A stretch of 64,000 bases of DNA from Haplodiscus bocki (GCA_965655095.1 CBFHFQ010000011.1:248001-312000), one strand, 5' to 3'. Counted from the stretch's first letter, positions 1 through 12,822 are shown. Numbers and translations: made by a program. Notes: generated by a model not told the origin, from the sequence alone.

Positions 1-1251
1 GTGCACGGTTGAACAGGTGACTAGGGGAGGGTAGGAAGGGGGAAGTTGGAGATAAATGCTGTCGTCTTACGACGCGTTGTGTTTTGAATCCATGTTGCTA
101 CAACTATTGAAAAAAACTTTTCTTCCCTCGAACATATCTCTAACAAGATACAAGTCTACAGCAACATTGGCACCCCAAAACGCTCAACGCGTCCACCATG
201 GCCTATCTACGCGCCGTAGGCGCTGAAACAACCTTTAGAAGTATGTGTTTTTCGCAAGTACATTCACATCTCCCTGATCGGGAAGATGTAAATGTACTTG
301 ACTGTTTTACGTTTTGTGATCAATTTTTCCGTCAAAACCTCCTCAACTGTCAAACCTACGCACCAATACGGAAAATAAACCTGACGTTGCACGTTTACGC
401 GGCCTTTGTGTCAGATTCCGAGCGGGGGAACAAAAAAAATTGTTCAAAAATTTCGTGACGAAATTTTTGAATTTCTGTTGGGAACTATTAAAAATGTCAT
501 AACTCAACGTCAGGTAAAGATAGAGAGACATTTTTTAGCGCATTTTTCTCCTCGTTTCATGGGGTTTCCACATGAATTCACTTGCTAATCTAGTTGTGTG
601 GACGAAACTCTACTTTTTGCTGCCTGAAGATGAAGAAAACAAAATGTCAAAATTTTTTGTTCATTTTCTAAGTAAAATTACTTCTTAACCAGGAATCCCA
701 GGAAGCTGAAAACGCGGGAAACATGCCAAATGGTTTGTCCCGTGAATAATTTGGGCAGGGGTTGCCCCCTGTGCACGTCATTTTCAAAAAAATGGGGAAA
801 ATCGGCAGAGACAGAACCTGAAAAATCAAAAAATGCGCAGAAAATGACAATTTTCTCGAGAATTATTTGTGCTAGAAACCTCACAAACCCCTCTATACAC
901 GCTACAGGAAGTGCTGAACAAAAGTAATGTCCGGGACCATGCCGCTCCGAGCAATCCCTGTTGAGATGTAGGCCGTCAAAATAAAAAAAGCCAAAAAATG
1001 GCCATTTTTGGACCCAAAAATTGAGTTTTTGGTCAACAAAATGATTTTTGCCGGCAAAATGCCACTAGGGACTTGTTCTTATATCATCAAATGGGAGCCG
1101 TATGCAAAATTTGGGCCAATTCTATTGGCTCGTTCTCGAGATCGGGGTTAGACTGTAACATGGGCCTTACGTTAAATTTTGGATAGAGGACTCGGGCTGG
1201 GGGCCCTACCCCGCCCTCGAAAGTTAAGATGGACCGTTGGGGCCGACCACC
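1..1251 (+). mobile_element. Non-autonomous unit A1 (first ~5 nt lie outside the window)
   Basis: The window start gtgcacggttgaacaggtgactagggg matches 1257 onward in A2. The unit is colinear with A2 and ends in GACCACC. Confidence 0.8.
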
Positions 1252-2506
1252 TAGACGTGCACGGTTGAACAGGTGACTAGGGGCGAGGAGATGGGAGAGG
1301 CTAGTAAAAGTCTTTGTCGTCTCGCGACCCGTTGTGCTTTGAGTCCATGTTGCAAAAAAACGTCTACTAATTTTCTTTTTTTATCAAACATCCCTCAAAC
1401 AAAATACAACAGTAGAGCAGCATTGGCACTCCAAAACGCTCAGCGCGTCCACCGTGGCCTCCCTACGCGCCGTAGGCGCTGAAACAATCTTTAGAAGTAT
1501 GTGTTTTTCGCAAGTACATTCACATCTCCCTGATCGGGAAGATGTAAATGTACTTGACTGTATTACGTTTTGTGATCCATTTTCTCATCAAAATCAGTTC
1601 AATTGTCAAACCTACGCACCAATACGAAAAGCACACGTGACGTTGCATGTTTCTTTGCCCTTTACGTCAGATTCCGAGCAGTGGAACAAGAAAAAACGTT
1701 CAAAAATTTCGTTACGAAATTTTTGATATTCTGTCGGGAACTACTAAAAATGTCACAAGTCAACGTCTCGCAAAGATAGAGCAACGATCTTTAGCGCATT
1801 TTTCTCCTCGTTTCGTGGGCTTTTCACATGCATTCACTTGCTAATCTAGTTGTGTGGACGAAACTCTACTTTTTGCTGCCTGAACATGAAGAAAACAAAA
1901 TCTCAAAAATTTTTGTCCATTTTCTAAGTAAAATTACTTCTGAACCAGATACGCCGGGAACCTGAAAACGCGGGAAACATGCCAAATGGTTTGCGCTGTG
2001 AGAAATTTGGGCAGGGGTTGCCCCCTGTGCAGGTCAATTTCAAAAAAATTGCGAAATTCGGCAGAGACACTACCTGAAAAACCAAAAAATGCGCGGAAAA
2101 CGTCAATTTTCTCAACAAGTATTTGTGCTAGAAACCTCACAAACCCCTCTATACACGCTACAGGAAGTGCTGAACAAAAGTAGCGTCCGGGACCATGCCG
2201 CTCCGAGTAACCCCTGTTGAGATATAGGCCTTCAAAATTAAAAAAGCCAAAAAATGGCCATTTTTAGACCCAAAAATTGAGTTTTTGGTCAACAAAATGA
2301 AATTTGCGGGCAAAATGCCACTAGGGACTTGTTCTTATATCATCAAATGGGAGCCGCATGCAAAATTTGGGCCAATTCTATTGGCTCGTTCCCGAGATCG
2401 GGGGTAGACTGGAAAAAGCGCCTTAAGTTGATTTTTGAGAAAGGACTCGGGCTGGGGGCCCTACCCCGCCCTCGAAAGTTAAGATGGACCGTTGGGGCCG
2501 ACCACC
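1252..2506 (+). mobile_element. Non-autonomous unit A2 (1255 bp)
   Basis: Starts TAGACGTGCAC and ends ggggccGACCACC. Diverged copy of A1. Confidence 0.82.
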
Positions 2507-3934
2507 TAGTGCTGGAGGCTAAGGTCAAAATAGGGCCGTTGTCTGAGAGTTTTTGAACTTTTGCTATGCTAATTTCAAGGATATTTTGAAAATTGACACC
2601 CGACTGATAAACAACACTCCACGTGTCGTCGCACTGCCTCCACTTCGCCACGCTTCGTTCCGGCTGAGTGCGACGACACGTGGAGTGTTGTTTATCAGTC
2701 CGGCTGCTAGGGTTTGCCTGAGATACTGGCGATAGGCCACCTCGTTACCGAAACGGAGTCAAAATTTCAATTTTGACCTTTTTGTTTTGAAACAGTTCGC
2801 CGTTCCCATTGCCCTGCGGACGAATGGGAACGGCGTCACTCTAAGTGACTCCCTTTCAAGCACTCTAGGCGTTGTTGTGGAGGTCCTGCAACTTCATTTC
2901 AAGCACCCGTGAAGACAAAACTTGTCAAAATAGAAAAAATCTGAAACTTTTGAAAACCATTTTCATTGGTAGTGAGGTTTTGAAAATTGAGCGCGTAGTC
3001 TTTTTGACAAACTGGCTCTAATGACTTCAAACTTCACATACGCCTTCTTGCACATCAGGGGAACCATTTATTGTTGCAGGTTGCAATCCGTAAAGTGCCC
3101 CAGAAAAAAGTTACGGCCAGTTGAAACACAAGGTTTCTGATGAAAATCTTGTCAGGTAGGTCAAATTTCGTGCCGCAAAAAATGTCAAAAAAATGAAAAG
3201 TTTTGGAAAAACAAAAACACACCAGGTAACTACATTATATGGGCTAACTATTGCAATACAGAATGAACCAATATCTTTCGTATGAAAAAAATGCCGCCAA
3301 AATGCATTTTATGACCAAAATCTCGAGAAAGTGTGGTTTTTTCCAAAAAAGTGGTCATAACTTTTTCCCACTTTGTTTCAGAGACTTTTTTCCTGCTAAG
3401 CATTTGTTACCCTTAGGATGGCCAACAAGGGGTAGTACCGCCTTGAAACCGCTCCGACCAGTGTGTGACGAGTTACGGGACCCTAAACCTGAAAAACACC
3501 TCTCTGACACCCATTTTTGACCATTTTCAAATTATCATAAGTCAACCTCAAAATGTCGTAGAGCAGCGTTCTTTAGCTCGCTGTTCCCGCCGGTTGACGT
3601 ACTTTCCGCATGCAGCCACTTGCAATACTAGTTGTGTGGACGAAGTTGGACTTTTTGGGCAAAAACCGTCAAAAAATGGAAAATAGGCGAAATTGACGTC
3701 ACAAAATGGCCAAAAAATCCAACTTTAAGAAAAAATTCGGAAAAACGCCAGTAGGGATTGTTGATTAGCTTGCTCAAACCTAAAAACATGCAAAAATTCA
3801 GCCAATTCTATAGGCTCGTTTCCAAAATCGCATTTTTTTCCAGCGTTTTTTATAAGTAAGTTTTCCATAAGGGAAGCCGCTACCGGGTCCCGTCCCCGCG
3901 CGGCAGAAAAAGTTGGAAAAAATCCCGGACCACC
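2507..3934 (+). mobile_element. Non-autonomous unit B1 (1428 bp)
   Basis: Starts TAGTGCTGGAGGCTAAGGTC and ends cccgGACCACC. Contains 34-bp and 13-bp inverted repeats. Confidence 0.82.
2602..2700. repeat. Perfect 34-bp inverted repeat with a 31-nt loop, present in every B unit with 0-few mismatches
   Basis: GACTGATAAACAACACTCCACGTGTCGTCGCACT (2602-2635) is the exact reverse complement of 2667-2700. Confidence 0.95.
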
Positions 3935-5369
3935 TAGCGCTGGAGGCTAAGGTCAAAATAGGGCCGTTGTCTGAGAGTATTTTAACCTTTTCTATAGTTT
4001 TTTCAATGATTTTCTGCTAGATAAGTGACACCTGACTGTTAAACAACACTCCACGTGTCGTCGCACACCCTCCACTTCGCCACGCTCCGTTCCGGCTGAT
4101 TGCGACGACACGCGGAGTGTTGTTTATCAGTCCGGCAGCCAGGGGTTTGCCTGAGCTAGTGGCGAGAGACAACCTGGTTACCGAAACGGAGTCGAAATTT
4201 CAATTTTGACCTTTTTGTTTTGAAAGAGTTCGCCGTTCCCATTGCCCTGCGGACGAATGGGAACGGCGTCACTCTGAGTGACTCCCTTTCAAGCACTCTA
4301 GGTGTTGTCTTGGAGGTCCTGCAACTTCATTTGAACCACCCGTAAAGATAAAAAAATGTCAAAAATGGAAAAGTCTGAAATTTTTGAAAACCATTATCAA
4401 TGGTGGTGAAGTTTTGAAAATTGAGCGCGTCGTCTTTCTGACAAACTATTTCTAATGACTTGAAACTTCACATACGCGTTGATGCGCACTAGGGAAACTA
4501 TTTATGGCTGCTGGTAACATTCCGTAAAGTGCCCCAGAAAAAAGTTATGGCCAGTTGAAACACAAGGATTCTGATCAAAATGTTGTCAGGTAGGTCAAAT
4601 TTCGTGCCCCGAAAATTGTCCAAAAAAAGAATAGTTTTGGAAAAACAAAAACACACCAGCTAACTACATTATATGGGCTAACTATTGCAATACAGAATGA
4701 ACCAATATCTTTCGTACGAAAAAAATGCCGCCGAATTGCATTTTATGAGGAAAATTTCGGAAAAGTGTGGTTTTTTCCAAAAAAGTGGTCATAACTTTTT
4801 CCCACTTTGTTTTACAGACTTTTTTCCTGCTAAGCATTTGTTCACCTATGGATGGGAGACAAGGGGTAGTACCGCCTTGAAACCGCTCCGAACATTGTGT
4901 GACGAGTTACGGGACCTTAAACCTGAAAAACACCTCTCTGACACCCTTTTTTGACAAATTTCAAAAAATCGTAAGTCAACGTCAGAATGTCGTAGAGCAG
5001 CGTTCTTTAGCTCGTTGTTCCCACCGATTGACGTACTTTCCGCATGCAGCCACTTGCAATACTAGTTGTGTGGACGAAGTTGGACTTTTTGGCCAAAAAC
5101 CGTCAAAAAATGGAAAATAGGCGAAATTGACGTCACAAAATGGCCAAAAAAACCAACTTTAAGAAAAAATTCGGAAAAACGCCAGTAGGGATTGTTGATT
5201 AGCTTGCTCAAACCTAAAAACATGCAAAATTTCAGCCAATTCTATAGGCTCGTTTCCAAAATCGTATTTTTTTCAAGCAAAATTTATAAAGTCTATTTTC
5301 CATAAGGGAAGCCGCTACCGGGTCCCGTCCCCGCGCGGCCTGAGAGGTTAGGAAACATCCCGGACCACC
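3935..5369 (+). mobile_element. Non-autonomous unit B2 (1435 bp)
   Basis: Starts TAGCGCTGGAGGC and ends GACCACC. Appears identical to B5. Confidence 0.82.
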
Positions 5370-6803
5370 TAGCGCTGGAGGCTAAGGTCAAAATAGGGCC
5401 GTTGTCACGATGTTTTTTGCTTCTTTTATGTTAATTTCAATGATTTTCTTGTTAGAATACTGACACCCGACTGATAAACAACACTCCACGTGTCGTCGCA
5501 CTGCCTCCACTTCGCCACGCTCCGTTCCGGCTGAGTGCGACGACACGTGGAGTGCTGTTTATCAGTCTGAACGCAAATGCTTTGCATGACATAGTGGCGA
5601 AAGGCCATCTGATTACCTGAACGGAGTCAAGATTTCAATTTTGACCTTTTTGTTTTGAAAGAGTTCGCCGTTCCCATTGCCCTGCGGACGAATGGGAACG
5701 GCGTCACTCTGAGTGACTCCCTTTCAAGCACTCTAGATGTTGTCTTGGAGGTCCTGCAACTTCATTTGAACCACCCGTAAAGATAAAAAAATGTCAAAAA
5801 TGGAAAAGTCTGAATTTTTTGAAAACCTTTTTCAATGGTAGGGAAGTTTTGAAATTTGAGCACATAGTCTTTTCGACAAACTATCTCTAATGACTTGAAA
5901 CTTCACATACGCGTTGATGCGCACCAGGGGAACTATTTATGGCTGCTGGTAACATTCCGTAAAGTGCCCCAGAAAAAAGTTATGGCCAGTTGAAACACAA
6001 GGATTCTGATGAAAATGTTGTCAGGTAGGTCAAAATTCGTGCCCCGAAAATTGTCAAAAAAATGAAAAGTTTTGGAAAACCAAAAACACACCAGCTAATT
6101 ACATCATATGGGCTAACTATTGGAATACAGATTGAACCAATATCTTTTGTACGAAAAAAATGCCGCCGGATTGCATTTTATTAGGAAAATTTCGAAAAAC
6201 TGAGGTTTTTTCCAAAAAAGTGGTCATAACTTTTTCCCACTTTGTTTCACGGACTTTTTTCCTGCTAAGCATTTGTTCACCTATGGATAGGCAACAAGGG
6301 GTAGTAACGCCTTGAAACCGCTCCGACCAGTGTGTGACGAGTTACGGGACCCTAAACCTGAAAAACACCTCTCTGACACCCATTTTTGACCATTTTCAAA
6401 TTATCATAAGTCAACGTCAAAATGTCGTAGAGCAGCGTTCTTTAGCTCACTGTTCCCGCCGGTTGACGTACTTTCCGCATGCAGCCACTTGCAATACTAG
6501 TTGTGTGGACGAAGTTGGACTTTTTGGGCAAAAACCGTCAAAAAATGGAAAATAGGCGAAATTGACGTCACAAAATGGCCAAAAAATCCAACTTTAAGAA
6601 AAAATTCGGAAAAACACCAGTAGGGATTGTTGATTAGCTTGCTCAAACCTAAAAACATGCAAAAATTCAGCCAATTCTATAGGCTCGTTTCCAAAATCGC
6701 ATTTTTTTCCAGCGTTTTTTATAAGTAAGTTTTCCATAAGGGAAGCCGCTACCGGGTCCCGTCCCCGCGCGGCAGAAAAAGTTGGAAAAAATCCCGGACC
6801 ACC
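5370..6803 (+). mobile_element. Non-autonomous unit B3 (1434 bp)
   Basis: Same termini as the other B units. The middle is B2-like and the 3' part is B1-like. Confidence 0.82.
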
Positions 6804-7852
6804 CAGTGGAGGCACCGGTGAAAATCACCAGGTGGCGGTCACTGGAGAAGCTCCTCTGAAATATGAAATATTACTGATAGTCTTTTCTTCGAACACAGTA
6901 TTGAGTTTTGCAAAGGCCTGTTTAATAAATTGAAAATGAGCCTGTGAAATCTTCATTGAAATCTACAGGACATCAAAAACGAAGCTTGCAAACAGTTCGG
7001 CCCCGTTGTTTCTCCGTGTCGCTTCGCTAATCTACGAAACAACGGGGCGGGGCAATTAACAATTTGAAAGTTGAAATTTTTTTTTTTTAATTTTCGGGCC
7101 AAATTATGATTGTTTTTCCAAAAAACTTCAATATTTCAACCCACAAAAAAAACTAAAATTCAAAAAAACTATGCAGTAAGAAAAGTTTGGAAAAAAAACT
7201 GGACAAAACAAATGCCAGATATGAATTCTACAATCAAAACTGAGTGTTTCGAAAACTTTATTTTTTTTTCGAAAAATTCGTCATAACCGTCATTTCTTTC
7301 GGCGAAATGGCCAAAAATTTTTTATCGTCGAAAAATTATCTTTCAAGTTATGGAGTCAATTTCATACTGGAGGCACTCCAGAGCGCAAACTATGTACTTC
7401 AATGTGGGAGCTATGACGAAATGATCGATTTTCGGCATTTTTTTCCAAATTTGATGCGTCATATCTCCACACCTATGACGAGTTGGTAGAAAATTTTTTG
7501 CATGTGTGTAGCCAACAGGTATTATGCTTTACACAAAAAGTTTCGGCCAAATGCATGTGGTTACTTGCAGGGCTGTTGGTAGAAAACTGCAAAAAGAGGC
7601 CAAAAAATAGAATCATCTTGTCATAATTCCCCAACCATTTTTGCTAGAAGGATCTAACTTGCACCAATGTTCATAGAATTGTAAATTGTGCCTGCATGCA
7701 AAGTTTGAATCAAATCGTATGGGTGGGAGCTGAGATCGCTAATTCCCTATACCGTTTGTGCATATTTGTTTTTTCTTATATTTTAACGCTCGGCAAAGGG
7801 GCCGCTCCCCCGCCTCGCAAAGACTAATGTGGGGCGCGATCCCCTGACCACC
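6804..7852 (+). mobile_element. Non-autonomous unit C1 (1049 bp)
   Basis: Starts CAGTGGAGGCACCGGTGAAAATCACC and ends cccctGACCACC. The last ~575 bp are homologous to the 3' end of H. Confidence 0.85.
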
Positions 7853-8901
7853 CAGTGGAGGCACCGGTGAAAATCACCAGGTGGCGGTCACTGGTTATGC
7901 CATTCTGAAACTTGAACAAACTTGCTAGTGTTTTCTTTCAACACAGTAATGATTTTTGCAAATGCATTTTTTATATATTGATATTTAGCATGTGAAATCT
8001 TCACCGATCTGGATGAGACATCGATGATGGAGCTTGCAAACATTTTGGCCCCGTTGTTTCTCCGTGTCGCTCCGCTAGTCTACGAAACAACGGGGCGGGG
8101 CAATTAACAATTTGACTTTTGATAAATTTTTCCTCAAATTTGGACCAAATTATGATTGTTTTACCAAAAAACTTCAAAACTTCGACCCACAAAAAAGGTT
8201 AAATTTCGAGATAAACTTTGCAGTGAGAAAACTTTGTAGAGAAATTGAACAAAACAATTGCCAGATATGAATTCTACAAGTAAAACTGTGTTTTTGGAAA
8301 ATTTTATTTTTTTTCTTTCGAAAAGTTCGTCATAACCGTCATTTCTTTCGGCAAAATGGCCGAAAATTTTTTATCGTCGAAAAATTATCTTTCAAGTTAT
8401 GGAGTCAATTTCATACTGGAGCCACTCCAGAGCGCAAACTAGGTACTTCAATGTGAGAGATATGACGAAATGATCGATTTTTGGCATTTTTTTCCAAATT
8501 TGATCCGTCATATCTCAACACCTATGACGAGTTGGTCAAAAATTTTTTGCATGCGTGTAGCCCTTAGTTATTCTGCTTCACACGAAAAGTTTTGGCCAAA
8601 TGCATGTGGTTATTTGCAGGGCTCTCGGTAAAAAACTGCAAAATGAGGCCAAAAAACAGAATCATCCCGTCATAATTCCCCAACCAAATTGGCTAGAATG
8701 ATCTAACTTGCATCATTGTTCATAGAATTGTAAACTATGCCTGCATGCAAAGTTTCATCAAAATCGTATGGGTGGGAGCTGAGATCGCTAATTCCCTATA
8801 CCGTATGTGCATATTTGTTTTTTCTTATATTTTAACGCTCGGCAAAGGGGCCCCTCCCCCGCCTCGCAAGGACTAATGTGGGGCGCAATCCCCTGACCAC
8901 C
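7853..8901 (+). mobile_element. Non-autonomous unit C2 (1049 bp)
   Basis: Same termini as C1 and colinear with it. Confidence 0.85.
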
Positions 8902-9951
8902 CAGTGGAGGCACCGGTGAAAATCACCAGGTGGCGGTCACTGGAGAGGCACCTCTGAAACATGAACATTTGCTGATAGTCTTTTCTTCGAACACAGTATT
9001 GATTTTTGCAAACGCATGTTTTATGCATTGAAATTGAGCCTGTGAAATCTTCGTTGATGTCGAAAGGACATCGAGGATGAAACGTGCGAAAGTTTTGGCC
9101 CCGTTGTTTCTCCGTGTCGCTTCGCTAATCTACGAAACAACGGGGCGGGGCAATTAACACTTTGACTTGTGAGAAATTTTCCCTCACTTTTGGACCAAAT
9201 TAAATACTAATTTTTCCCCGGAAAAACTTCAAAACTTCAACCCACGAAAGATGCTAAATTTCAGAAAGCTACGCAGTAAGAGAATTCTGAAGAAAAACTG
9301 GAGAAAGAAATGCCAGATTTGAATTCCTGAATGAAAACTGGGTTTTTGGAAATTTTCAATTTTTTTTTCTGATTTTTTCGTCATAACCGTCATTTTTTTC
9401 GGCAAAATGGCCAAAAACTTTTTATCGTCGAAAAATTGTCTTTCAAGTTATGGAGTCAATTTCACAATGGAGCCGCTGCAGAACGCAATCTATGTGCATC
9501 AAAGTGGGAGGTATGACGAAAAGATCGATTTTCGGCATTTTTTTCCAACTTTGATCCGTCACATCTCAACACCTATGACGAGTTGGTAGAAAATCTTTTG
9601 CATGCGTTTAGCCCTTAGTTATTCTGCTTCACACGAAAAGTTTCGGCCAAATGCATGTGGTTACTTGCAGGGCTGTCGGTAAAAAACTGCAAAATGAGGC
9701 CAAAAAACAGAATCATCCCGTCATAATTCCTCAACCATTTTTGCTAGAATGATCTAACTTGCACCATTGTTCTTAGAATTGAAAGTTATGTCCGCATGCA
9801 AAGTTTGATCCAAATCGTATGGGTGGGAGCTGAGATCGCTATTTTCCTATACCGTATTTGCATAGAGTTGTTTCTTATATTTTAACGCGAGGCAAAGGGG
9901 CCCCTCCCCCGCCTCGCAAGGACTAATGTGGGGCGCGATCCCCTGACCACC
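8902..9951 (+). mobile_element. Non-autonomous unit C3 (1050 bp)
   Basis: Same termini as C1 and colinear with it. Followed by a B unit. Confidence 0.85.
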
Positions 9952-11387
9952 TAGCGCTGGAGGCTAAGGTCAAAATAGGGCCGTTGTCTGGTAGTATTTT
10001 AACTTTTGCTATAATAATTTAAATGATATTTTTGTTACAAAACTGACACCCGACTGATAAACAACACTCCACGTGTCGTCGCACTGCCTCCACTTCGCCA
10101 CGCTTCGTTCCGGCTGAGTGCGGCGACACGTGGAGCGTTGTTTATCAGTCTGGCCGCCTATTGTTTGCGTCAGCTACAGGCGATAGGCCACCTGGTTACC
10201 GGAACGGAGTGTAGATTTCAGTTTTGACCTTTTTGTTTTGAAAGAGTTCGCCGATCCCTTTGCCCTGCGGACGAATGGGAACGGCGTCACTCTGAGGGGC
10301 TTAACTTCTACTACTCTAGACGTTGCTTTGGAAGTCTTGCAACTTCATTTGAGCCACCCGTGAAGATAAAAAGTTGTCAAAATAGAAAAAATCTGAAATT
10401 TTTGAAAAACAATTTCAATGGTAGTGAAGTTTTGAAAATTGAGAGCATAGACTTTCTGACAAACTGCTTCTAAAGACTTGAAACTTCACATACGCCTTGC
10501 CGCCTACCAGGGGAGCTTTTTATAGCTGCTGGTACCAATCCATAAAGTGCCCCAGAAAAAAGTTATGGCCAGTTAAATCACAACGATTCTCATGAAAATC
10601 TTGTCAGGTGGGTCAAAATTCGTGGCCTGAAAAATGTCGAAAAAATGAAAATTTTTCGAAAAACAAAAACACACCGGCCAATTACATCCAATGGGCTAAC
10701 TATTGCAACACAGAACGAACCAATACCGTTAGTACGAAAAAAATGCCGCCAGATTGCATTTTATGAGCAAAATTTCGAAAAAGTGTGGTTTTTTTCAAAA
10801 AAGGGGTCATAACTTTTTCCCACTTTGTTTTGTGGACTTTTTCCCTGCTAAACATTTGTTGACCTATGGATGGGCAACAAGGGGTAGTACCGCCTTGAAA
10901 CCGCTGCGACCAGTGTGTGACGAGTTACGGGACCCTAAACCTCAAAAACACCTCTCTCACACCCTTTTTTGACCAATTTCAAAATATCATAAGTCAACGT
11001 CAAATTGCCGTAGAGCAGCGTTCTTTAGCTGGTTGTTCCTACCGAATGACGTACTTTCCGCATGCAGCCACTTGCAATACTAGTTGTGTGGACGAAGTTG
11101 GACTTTTTGGCCAAAAACCGTCAAAAAACGGAAAATAGGCGAAATTGACGTCACAAAATGGCAAAAAAATCCAACTTTAAGAAAAAATCCGGGAAAACGC
11201 CAGTAGGGAATGTTGATTAGCTTGCTCATACCTAAAAACATGCAAAATTTCAGCCAATTCTATAGGCTCATATCCAAAATCGTATTTTTTTCCACCCAAA
11301 AATTACAAGTAAGATTTCCCACAGGGGGTGCCGCTACCGGGTCCCTCCCCGGGCGGCCTGAGAGGTTGAAAAACGTTCCGGACCACC
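9952..11387 (+). mobile_element. Non-autonomous unit B4 (1436 bp)
   Basis: B termini. Near-identical to B6. Confidence 0.82.
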
Positions 11388-12822
11388 TAGCGCTGGAGGC
11401 TAAGGTCAAAATAGGGCCGTTGTCTGAGAGTATTTTAACCTTTTCTATAGTTTTTTCAATGATTTTCTGCTAGATAAGTGACACCTGACTGTTAAACAAC
11501 ACTCCACGTGTCGTCGCACACCCTCCACTTCGCCACGCTCCGTTCCGGCTGATTGCGACGACACGCGGAGTGTTGTTTATCAGTCCGGCAGCCAGGGGTT
11601 TGCCTGAGCTAGTGGCGAGAGACAACCTGGTTACCGAAACGGAGTCGAAATTTCAATTTTGACCTTTTTGTTTTGAAAGAGTTCGCCGTTCCCATTGCCC
11701 TGCGGACGAATGGGAACGGCGTCACTCTGAGTGACTCCCTTTCAAGCACTCTAGGTGTTGTCTTGGAGGTCCTGCAACTTCATTTGAACCACCCGTAAAG
11801 ATAAAAAAATGTCAAAAATGGAAAAGTCTGAAATTTTTGAAAACCATTATCAATGGTGGTGAAGTTTTGAAAATTGAGCGCGTCGTCTTTCTGACAAACT
11901 ATTTCTAATGACTTGAAACTTCACATACGCGTTGATGCGCACTAGGGAAACTATTTATGGCTGCTGGTAACATTCCGTAAAGTGCCCCAGAAAAAAGTTA
12001 TGGCCAGTTGAAACACAAGGATTCTGATCAAAATGTTGTCAGGTAGGTCAAATTTCGTGCCCCGAAAATTGTCCAAAAAAAGAATAGTTTTGGAAAAACA
12101 AAAACACACCAGCTAACTACATTATATGGGCTAACTATTGCAATACAGAATGAACCAATATCTTTCGTACGAAAAAAATGCCGCCGAATTGCATTTTATG
12201 AGGAAAATTTCGGAAAAGTGTGGTTTTTTCCAAAAAAGTGGTCATAACTTTTTCCCACTTTGTTTTACAGACTTTTTTCCTGCTAAGCATTTGTTCACCT
12301 ATGGATGGGAGACAAGGGGTAGTACCGCCTTGAAACCGCTCCGAACATTGTGTGACGAGTTACGGGACCTTAAACCTGAAAAACACCTCTCTGACACCCT
12401 TTTTTGACAAATTTCAAAAAATCGTAAGTCAACGTCAGAATGTCGTAGAGCAGCGTTCTTTAGCTCGTTGTTCCCACCGATTGACGTACTTTCCGCATGC
12501 AGCCACTTGCAATACTAGTTGTGTGGACGAAGTTGGACTTTTTGGCCAAAAACCGTCAAAAAATGGAAAATAGGCGAAATTGACGTCACAAAATGGCCAA
12601 AAAAACCAACTTTAAGAAAAAATTCGGAAAAACGCCAGTAGGGATTGTTGATTAGCTTGCTCAAACCTAAAAACATGCAAAATTTCAGCCAATTCTATAG
12701 GCTCGTTTCCAAAATCGTATTTTTTTCAAGCAAAATTTATAAAGTCTATTTTCCATAAGGGAAGCCGCTACCGGGTCCCGTCCCCGCGCGGCCTGAGAGG
12801 TTAGGAAACATCCCGGACCACC
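11388..12822 (+). mobile_element. Non-autonomous unit B5 (1435 bp)
   Basis: B termini. Appears identical to B2 at offset 7453, and the incidental ORF translations at 4685 and 12138 are identical. Confidence 0.82.

Noticed and set aside
1245-1251. GACCACC as a classical target-site duplication
   Set aside because: It is the same at every junction rather than insertion-specific, and Helitrons do not make target-site duplications. It cannot be distinguished from an element terminus or crossover core, and is treated as such.
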